From Clostridia bacterium (GTDB taxonomy: Bacteria > Bacillota > Clostridia > Oscillospirales > CAG-272): 64,000 bases of DNA. Location of the stretch: positions 118,506 to 182,505 of the forward strand of contig JAFVUB010000003.1 of assembly GCA_017502915.1 (NCBI GenBank), read 5' to 3'. The position numbers and the translations under genes were made by a program. Numbering within the stretch: position 1 is the stretch's first letter; the number at the start of each line of letters is the position of its first letter. Under the pieces are notes generated by a model. It searched no databases. It was not told the DNA's origin and saw only the letters and a list, made by a program, of their open reading frames with translations. Shown one piece after another: positions 57,924 through 64,000 of the stretch.

Positions 57924-58682
57924 TTAAATCAGCTCGCTTTTTAGAAATTCAAGTATCCTTTTTTCCTCTCGCGAGACCTTGACCTGAGATAGACCAAGCT
58001 CATCTGCCGTTTGCTGTTGGGTCATATTCCGGAAATATCGAAGCAAAACTATCCTTCTGTGAAGCTCGGAAAGTCTGTCTATTGCCTGCCCGAGGGCAAC
58101 TCGGTCTCTCGTCTTTTCTATGTCGTTTTCGGGGTCGGGCAGACGGCTTTCGAGCGACATCGCGCCTTCTGCATCTCCTCCCTCAGACAATGAATACACC
58201 GGTGATATGGAGTCGAGCGCCATCGCCGCCTCCTCGGGAGTCGTTGAGCACAGGCTTGCCAGCTCTCCTATCGTCGGATCTCTCCCCTGCTCGTTCATAA
58301 TACGCGTCCTCGCGCCGAGAAGCTCCATTCCAAGCTTCTTCTGCTGACGCCCCACGCGAATGAGTCCGTCGTCCCGAAGGCAACGCTTTATCTCCCCAAC
58401 TATAAGGGGCACGGCGTAGGTTGAAAAAGCAAACCCTCGGTCACTGTCAAAGCTTCTCGCCGCCTTGATGAGTCCTATGGTTCCTATTTGGATAAGGTCT
58501 TCAAGCTCGATCCCTCTCCCCCTGAAGCGGACGGCAAGCGAGCGAACAAGACCCGAGTTTGCCTCAACTATCTCGGCTTCGGCATCACGGTCTCCCGCCT
58601 GCGCTCTTTGTATGAGAAGCGCGTTCTTGCCGTATTTTTCGTCCGACGTTCGGTCCGCCGTCAAAGCAAAGGCCACCTCCAT
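57924..58682 (-). CDS. sigF: Sporulation sigma factor SigF
   Basis: DLIQIGTIGLIKA, FSTYAVP, LSQVKVSREEK; third gene of spoIIA. Confidence 0.9.
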   Translation of the reverse strand: MEVAFALTADRTSDEKYGKNALLIQRAQAGDRDAEAEIVEANSGLVRSLAVRFRGRGIELEDLIQIGTIGLIKAARSFDSDRGFAFSTYAVPLIVGEIKRCLRDDGLIRVGRQQKKLGMELLGARTRIMNEQGRDPTIGELASLCSTTPEEAAMALDSISPVYSLSEGGDAEGAMSLESRLPDPENDIEKTRDRVALGQAIDRLSELHRRIVLLRYFRNMTQQQTADELGLSQVKVSREEKRILEFLKSELI

Positions 58683-59146
58683 TATGCATCTGTCTTACGT
58701 CCGCCAAATCTTTTTATAAGCGTCACCGTAGTTCCGACGCCCATCTTCGAACGAACCTTGACCTTATCGCAAAAGCTTTCCATAACGGTAAAGCCCAGAC
58801 CCGAGCGCTCGCTCTCGGCGTCGGTCGTGTACAATGGCTGAAGCGCCTGCTTTACATCCTCAATACCGCATCCGCGGTCGCGTATCTCGATCTTGGCGTA
58901 GCCGTCCGAGCTCAGAGAAACCGTTATGTATATGAGCCCCACACGGTCGCGGTAGGCGTGTACCGTACAGTTTGTGACCGCCTCCGAAACGGCGCACTTT
59001 ATATCCGCAAGCTCGGTCGATGCCGGGTCGAGCTGTGAGCAAAAGGCGGCAACCGCCGCGCGAGCCATGCTCTCATTGACCGAAAGCGACGGTAAGACCA
59101 GCTTCATCGTGTTCTTTATACTGCCCGTCATATCCTTTTTTCTCAT
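58682..59146 (-). CDS. spoIIAB: Anti-sigma F factor
   Basis: VSEAVTNC, DRGCGI, ERSGLGFTVME. Confidence 0.95.
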   Translation of the reverse strand: MRKKDMTGSIKNTMKLVLPSLSVNESMARAAVAAFCSQLDPASTELADIKCAVSEAVTNCTVHAYRDRVGLIYITVSLSSDGYAKIEIRDRGCGIEDVKQALQPLYTTDAESERSGLGFTVMESFCDKVKVRSKMGVGTTVTLIKRFGGRKTDA

Positions 59147-59478
59147 TTTTTCTCTGTCCTTTCTATTGAAATTATCCTTTCAAGCCCCGCAAGGGATATT
59201 ATCTTCTCCACCCTCTCGTTCGGGTCGAGAAGCACTATCTCTCCCCCGAGCTTTTTCAAAAGAGCGTAACGACCCATTATGAATCCAAGCCCCGAGCTAT
59301 CCATAAACTCTATTCCCGAAAGATCGAGCGCGACCGAAGCCGGTCTGTGACGGTATATAAGCTCGTCAGCCGCCCCTCGCAAGGATAGGGCGCTATGATG
59401 GTCTATCTCTCCCGAAAGACGTATCGTCATTCGCCGGTCCGAGATAGAGTGTGTAAGTATTCCTTCACTTTTTATCAT
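59143..59478 (-). CDS. spoIIAA: Anti-anti-sigma F factor
   Basis: GEIDHH, FMDSSGLGFIMGRY. Confidence 0.95.
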   Translation of the reverse strand: MIKSEGILTHSISDRRMTIRLSGEIDHHSALSLRGAADELIYRHRPASVALDLSGIEFMDSSGLGFIMGRYALLKKLGGEIVLLDPNERVEKIISLAGLERIISIERTEKK

Positions 59479-59602
59479 TTTGAATGTCCTTTCTTTTTTT
59501 GGTTAATTATACAACCGAAAGCTTGCGAAAGGCGTCGCAAACTGACGGCAAAGCAAAAAAAGTTTGCCTCTCAAGGAGACGTCAATAAAGACGCTCGGTA
59601 TA

Positions 59603-59631
59603 TTGACATTTGGTGATTATGTTGGTATAAT
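59603..59631 (+). promoter_or_regulatory. SigA promoter of pfk
   Basis: TTGACA-17 bp-TATAAT with extended TG. Confidence 0.8.
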
Positions 59632-59663
59632 AAATGCGAAATACGTTTTACGAGGTGACAACC

Positions 59664-60893
59664 ATGTCAATGCTAAAAGGAAACGCTGTAGTCGGTCAGT
59701 CCGGAGGCCCCACTGCCGCTATAAACGCAACCCTTTCGGGCGTCATTCGCGGCGCTCTCGCTCACAGTGACGTCATTCCCACCATCTACGGAATGAGAAA
59801 CGGAGTTGACGGTCTTCTGCGCGAGGATCTCATCAATCTTTCCGAAATATTCAACGAGAAAAAGCTCACCGATCTTGAAAACACCCCCGCCGCCGCTCTC
59901 GGCTCCTGCCGCCGCAAGCTCCCGAAGCCCGGCGAGAACGACGCCGTTTACGAAAAGCTGCTTGAAATATTCAAGAAAAACGATATCCGTTATTTCTTCT
60001 ACATAGGCGGAAACGACTCTATGGACACCGTTGCCAAGCTCTCGGCGTATACAGCCGAGAACGACTACGAAATGCGCATTATAGGCGTTCCTAAGACGAT
60101 CGACAACGACCTCGTGGTCACCGATCACACCCCCGGCTTCGGCTCGGCGGCTAAGTACATTGCCGTGACGATTCAAGAGATCATCCGCGACTGCGCGGTA
60201 TACACCACTCCCGCCGTCACGGTCGTTGAGATCATGGGTCGCGATGCCGGTTGGCTGACCGCCGCCTCGGCTATCGGCCGCGCCGTCAACGGAATCTCGC
60301 CCGATCTCGTTTATCTGCCCGAAAGAGCCTTTGATATGGACAAGTTCTTCTGCGACGTCAAGGCGTGTCTCGACCGTCACCCGAACGTCGTTATCGCCGT
60401 TTCGGAGGGCGTTCGCTTTGCCGACGGACGCTACGTTGGCGAGGGAACGCAAAGCGGTGTTGCCGACGCGTTCGGACACAAATATCTTTCGGGAACAGGC
60501 AAAGCGCTTGAGCTTGCCGTTAAGGAAAAATTCGGTTGCAAGGTCCGCTCGGTCGAGCTGAATATCTGCCAGCGCGCCGCGGCACATCTGCAGTCAAAAA
60601 CCGACATCGACGAGTCTGTTCGCGTTGGCAAGGGTGCGGTAGACGCCGCTGTCTCGGGCATCACCCGCGAGATGATGACCATTGATCGCGTGTCCGACGC
60701 TCCGTATCGAGCCGAAATAGGACACTCGGACGTATCAAAGATCGCAAACCTCATCAAGAAGGTCAACGACGAGTTCATCAACGCCGAGGGCAACAACATC
60801 ACCGATGCAGGAATAAACTATCTTCTCCCGCTGATAGCAGGCGAGACCGCCCCCGAGTGGAAAGACGGTCTGCCGGTCTATTGCATACTTTGA
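59664..60893 (+). CDS. 6-phosphofructokinase (probably PPi-dependent type)
   Basis: GQSGGPT, GGNDS, PKTIDND, EIMGR; the GGND Asp suggests PPi use. Confidence 0.9.
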   Translation: MSMLKGNAVVGQSGGPTAAINATLSGVIRGALAHSDVIPTIYGMRNGVDGLLREDLINLSEIFNEKKLTDLENTPAAALGSCRRKLPKPGENDAVYEKLLEIFKKNDIRYFFYIGGNDSMDTVAKLSAYTAENDYEMRIIGVPKTIDNDLVVTDHTPGFGSAAKYIAVTIQEIIRDCAVYTTPAVTVVEIMGRDAGWLTAASAIGRAVNGISPDLVYLPERAFDMDKFFCDVKACLDRHPNVVIAVSEGVRFADGRYVGEGTQSGVADAFGHKYLSGTGKALELAVKEKFGCKVRSVELNICQRAAAHLQSKTDIDESVRVGKGAVDAAVSGITREMMTIDRVSDAPYRAEIGHSDVSKIANLIKKVNDEFINAEGNNITDAGINYLLPLIAGETAPEWKDGLPVYCIL

Positions 60894-60897
60894 AGCC

Positions 60898-61656
60898 ATG
60901 AAAATAGCAGTTATAACCGGTGCGTCCTCCGGAATGGGACGCGAGTTCGTTCTGCAGCTTGACCGAGATCAGCAGTTCGACGAGATATGGGTTCTGGCTC
61001 GCCGCCGCGAAGTCCTTGAAGCGCTCGGTCAGGAGACCCGCGCCAAGATCCGCGCGATCCCTTGCGATCTGACAAAAACCGAAAGCGTTGACGCCTATGC
61101 ATCACTGCTTGAGGAGGTCAAGCCCGAGGTTTCTGTTCTCGTCAACGCCGGAGGCTTTGGTCAATTCGGCGCCTTCGTTGATATTCCGCTTGAAACTCAG
61201 CTTGAAATGATCGACCTCAACGACAAGGCGCTGGTCGCTATGACCTACCGTACCCTTCCCTATATGACCGACGGCTCGGTCATATATCAGCTCGGCTCGC
61301 TTTCCGCCTTCCAGCCCGTGCCGTACATCGGCGTATACGGCGCCTCCAAGGCGTTCGTTATGAGCTTTTCCCGTTCGCTGAACGTTGAGCTGAAAAAGCG
61401 CGGTATCAAAGTCATGGCGGTCTGCCCCGGTTGGGTTAGGACCGATTTCTTCAACCGTGCCGTCACCGACGATACGATTACCTATTACAACCGTTACTAC
61501 ACCGCTGAGGAGGTCGTTCGCCGCGCTCTTCGCGATATGAAGCGAGGTCGCGACGTTTCGGTCTGCGGTAAGCAGATCCGAGCGCAGGTCCTACTTACAA
61601 AGCTTCTGCCGCACAGACTCGTTATGAAGATCTGGTGCAAGCAGCAAAAAAAGTGA
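60898..61656 (+). CDS. Short-chain dehydrogenase/reductase
   Basis: TGASSGMG, YGASK. Confidence 0.92.
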   Translation: MKIAVITGASSGMGREFVLQLDRDQQFDEIWVLARRREVLEALGQETRAKIRAIPCDLTKTESVDAYASLLEEVKPEVSVLVNAGGFGQFGAFVDIPLETQLEMIDLNDKALVAMTYRTLPYMTDGSVIYQLGSLSAFQPVPYIGVYGASKAFVMSFSRSLNVELKKRGIKVMAVCPGWVRTDFFNRAVTDDTITYYNRYYTAEEVVRRALRDMKRGRDVSVCGKQIRAQVLLTKLLPHRLVMKIWCKQQKK

Positions 61657-61778
61657 AAAACCCACCGTCCGCGTCGTAAAACGGCGCGGACGGTCATTTT
61701 TGTTATCAACATCCAAATCGAATGATAAAATAATAACTATTTTGTCAAAAAAATTCATAACAATAATGCGCTTATAAA

Positions 61779-61807
61779 TTGACAAAAGGCGTGTTTTTTG
61801 ATATAAT
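61779..61807 (+). promoter_or_regulatory. SigA promoter of nuoE/F module
   Basis: TTGACA-17 bp-TATAAT with extended TG. Confidence 0.8.
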
Positions 61808-61846
61808 ATAGAATTATTAAGCAAGTTTTTTTCCGGAGGTTGCAAA

Positions 61847-62341
61847 ATGAATAAAAATGCAAACATACAAAACGATCTGACAATGCTCGATCCTATATTT
61901 GAGCGTTATGCAGGACAGTTCGGCTCGCTGATAACCATTCTTCAGGAGGCACAGGATATTTACGGTTACCTGCCCGACGACGTGCTGGCTTGCATCGCCG
62001 AGCACACCGGCAACAGTCCCGCTCACGTCAGAGGCGTTGCCACCTTCTATACGCAGTTCCGCTTCACGCCTGCGGGCAAGTATCTGATCCAGCTCTGCAA
62101 GGGCACTGCCTGCCACGTTAACGGCGCCGAGCGCCTTGCGACCTCGCTTCGCGAGCTTCTCGGTATCGGGGACGGTGAGACGACCGAGGACGGTCTCTTC
62201 TCGCTGAACTTCGTTGCCTGCCTCGGTTGCTGCTCGCTCTCGCCCGTCATTATGATAAACGGCGAGGCTTACGGCTCAATGACTCCCGCCAAGCTTTCGG
62301 TTCTGATAGCCGATATAAAGGCTAAAGAGCTGCAGAACTGA
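61847..62341 (+). CDS. NuoE/HydC-like [2Fe-2S] subunit
   Basis: CKGTACH...ACLGCCS. Confidence 0.92.
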   Translation: MNKNANIQNDLTMLDPIFERYAGQFGSLITILQEAQDIYGYLPDDVLACIAEHTGNSPAHVRGVATFYTQFRFTPAGKYLIQLCKGTACHVNGAERLATSLRELLGIGDGETTEDGLFSLNFVACLGCCSLSPVIMINGEAYGSMTPAKLSVLIADIKAKELQN

Positions 62342-62382
62342 ATCTCTTATATAAAAACATTCCACACGAAAGGTTTAAGCAT

Positions 62383-64000
62383 ATGAAAATAGTTATAGGT
62401 CAGGGCAGCTGCGGTCTTGCCGCCGGCGCCGGAAAGGTCTTTGACGCCGTAAGTGAGGAGCTCAAGAAATTAAATTCCGATATAGTTCCCGGCGTTGTCG
62501 GTTGTATAGGTATGTGTTATCTCGAGCCTATCGTCGACATTTACGACGATAACGGCGCGCTTCATCGTCTCGTTTGCGTCAAGCCCACCGACGCTCCGAG
62601 CATTGCCGCCGCACTTTGCGGTGATCTTGATGCCGTGAAGTCTCTCGAGATCAGTCCCGAGGATAGCTCCTTCCTCGAAAAGCAGTACCGCATCGCGCTT
62701 CGCAACTGCGGTATCATAGATCCTTGCAGTATAGATGCATACATATCGGTCGGCGGTTATTCGTCGATCACCAAGATACTTTCGTCTATGACTCCCGAAG
62801 CCGTTATAGACGAGATCAAGACCTCGGGTCTTGCCGGACGCGGCGGTGCGGGATTCCCCACTTGGTTCAAGTGGAACGCCGCACGTCAGTCGGTCAGCGA
62901 CCACAAATATATGATCTGCAACGCCGACGAGGGCGACCCCGGCGCGTTTATGGACCGTGCCGTTATCGAGTCCGACCCTCATAGCCTTATCGAAGGCATG
63001 CTGATCGGAGCTTACGCCATCGGTGCTGAGGAGATGATCGTTTACGTTCGCGCCGAGTATCCTCTCGCGGTCATTCGACTCAAGGAGGCTATCAAGCAGG
63101 CTCGCGAGCGCGGATACCTCGGCAAGAACATTCTCGGAAGCTCTTTCTCTTGCGATATGAGAATAAAAATGGGTGCCGGAGCCTTCGTTTGCGGAGAGGA
63201 GACCGCTCTTATCGAGTCGCTTGAGGGTAACCGCGGTATGCCGCGTCTCAAGCCCCCTTTCCCGGCTCAGAGCGGATATAAGAGCGAGCCCTCGAACATA
63301 AACAACGTTGAGACCTTTGCAAATATCGCTTGGATAATTCAGAATGGCGGAGAGAAGTTTGCCGCTCTCGGAACACCCGACAGCCGCGGAACCAAGGTAT
63401 TCGCACTGACCGGTAAGATCAAGCGCGGAGGACTCGTTGAGGTTCCCATGGGAATGACCCTGCGCGACGTTATTTTTGACATCGGCGGCGGTCTGCGCGA
63501 CGGACGCGAGTTCAAGGCAGTCCAGCTCGGAGGTCCTTCGGGCGGTTGTATTCCCGCATCTCTGATAGATACCGTTATCGACTACAAGAAGCTGGGTGCA
63601 ACCGGAGCTATTATGGGCTCGGGCGGAATGGTCGTTATGGACGAGGGAACCTGTATGGTCGGAATGGCGAAGTTCTTCCTTGACTTCACCGCCAAGGAGT
63701 CCTGCGGTAAGTGCGTTCACTGCCGTATCGGCACCAAGCGTATGCAGGAGATCCTGACCCGTATCGTTGAGGGCAACGGACGCGAGGGAGACATTGATCT
63801 GCTGCTCGAGCTCTGCACCGCCATCAAGGACGGCGCGCTCTGCGGTCTCGGTCAGACGGCTCCCAACCCCGTTCTCACCACTATCAAGTATTTCCGCGAC
63901 GAATACGAGGCACATATCAACGACAAGAAGTGCCCCGCTCACGAATGTGCCGCGCTTCTGACCTATAAGATCGATGCCGACAAGTGCCGCGGATGTACCC
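62383..64000 (+). CDS. NuoF/HydB-like NADH/FMN-binding subunit (3' end outside window)
   Basis: Not in ORF track; MKIVIGQGSCGLAAGA..., GRGGAGFPT, NADEGDPGAFMD, GAGAFVCGEE, GGPSGG, SCGKCVHCRIG. Confidence 0.92.
   Translation, partial: MKIVIGQGSCGLAAGAGKVFDAVSEELKKLNSDIVPGVVGCIGMCYLEPIVDIYDDNGALHRLVCVKPTDAPSIAAALCGDLDAVKSLEISPEDSSFLEKQYRIALRNCGIIDPCSIDAYISVGGYSSITKILSSMTPEAVIDEIKTSGLAGRGGAGFPTWFKWNAARQSVSDHKYMICNADEGDPGAFMDRAVIESDPHSLIEGMLIGAYAIGAEEMIVYVRAEYPLAVIRLKEAIKQARERGYLGKNILGSSFSCDMRIKMGAGAFVCGEETALIESLEGNRGMPRLKPPFPAQSGYKSEPSNINNVETFANIAWIIQNGGEKFAALGTPDSRGTKVFALTGKIKRGGLVEVPMGMTLRDVIFDIGGGLRDGREFKAVQLGGPSGGCIPASLIDTVIDYKKLGATGAIMGSGGMVVMDEGTCMVGMAKFFLDFTAKESCGKCVHCRIGTKRMQEILTRIVEGNGREGDIDLLLELCTAIKDGALCGLGQTAPNPVLTTIKYFRDEYEAHINDKKCPAHECAALLTYKIDADKCRGCT

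Noticed and set aside
61700-61765. Rex operator upstream of nuoE
   Set aside because: Half-sites TTGTCAA and ATAACAA are present, but the spacing does not fit the 18-bp palindrome
1-64000. CRISPR array, reverse transcriptase/DGR, IS transposase, rRNA
   Set aside because: No spaced direct-repeat array, RT or transposase motifs, or rRNA sequence seen by eye

Overview
Chromosomal segment from a spore-forming Clostridia-type bacterium; the gene content resembles Oscillospiraceae/Ruminococcaceae relatives, which is an inference. Positions 1-8471 are the right end of a temperate prophage. It carries a replisome organizer with an internal iteron-type origin, SSB, a NinB-like/exonuclease/Sak3 recombination module, small lytic-arm genes, a Cro/CI switch with four operators and face-to-face promoters, an ImmA protease, three unknown AT-rich cargo genes, a tyrosine integrase, and attR formed by the 3' half of tRNA-Val(GAC). 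The rest is mostly core genome: rplU-prp-rpmA, rpsO-pnp, nrdR, a BMP nucleoside ABC transporter, comEC, ACP, cwlD, radA, tmcAL, ymfF/H-lgt-folD, gpmI, recG, MFS-GDPD-glyQS, M20-CapA-DMT, lexA, murA, rluA, spoIIAA-AB-sigF, pfk and the start of a NuoE/NuoF (HydC/HydB) module. The best novelty candidates are a stand-alone ~170-nt structured small RNA with two CCCCCC loops downstream of sigF, the prophage cargo cassette, an Lgt carrying its own lipoprotein signal peptide, a switch-like MFS leader and an antisense mini-transcription unit in the prophage. All calls come from reading the sequence; no database searches were run.
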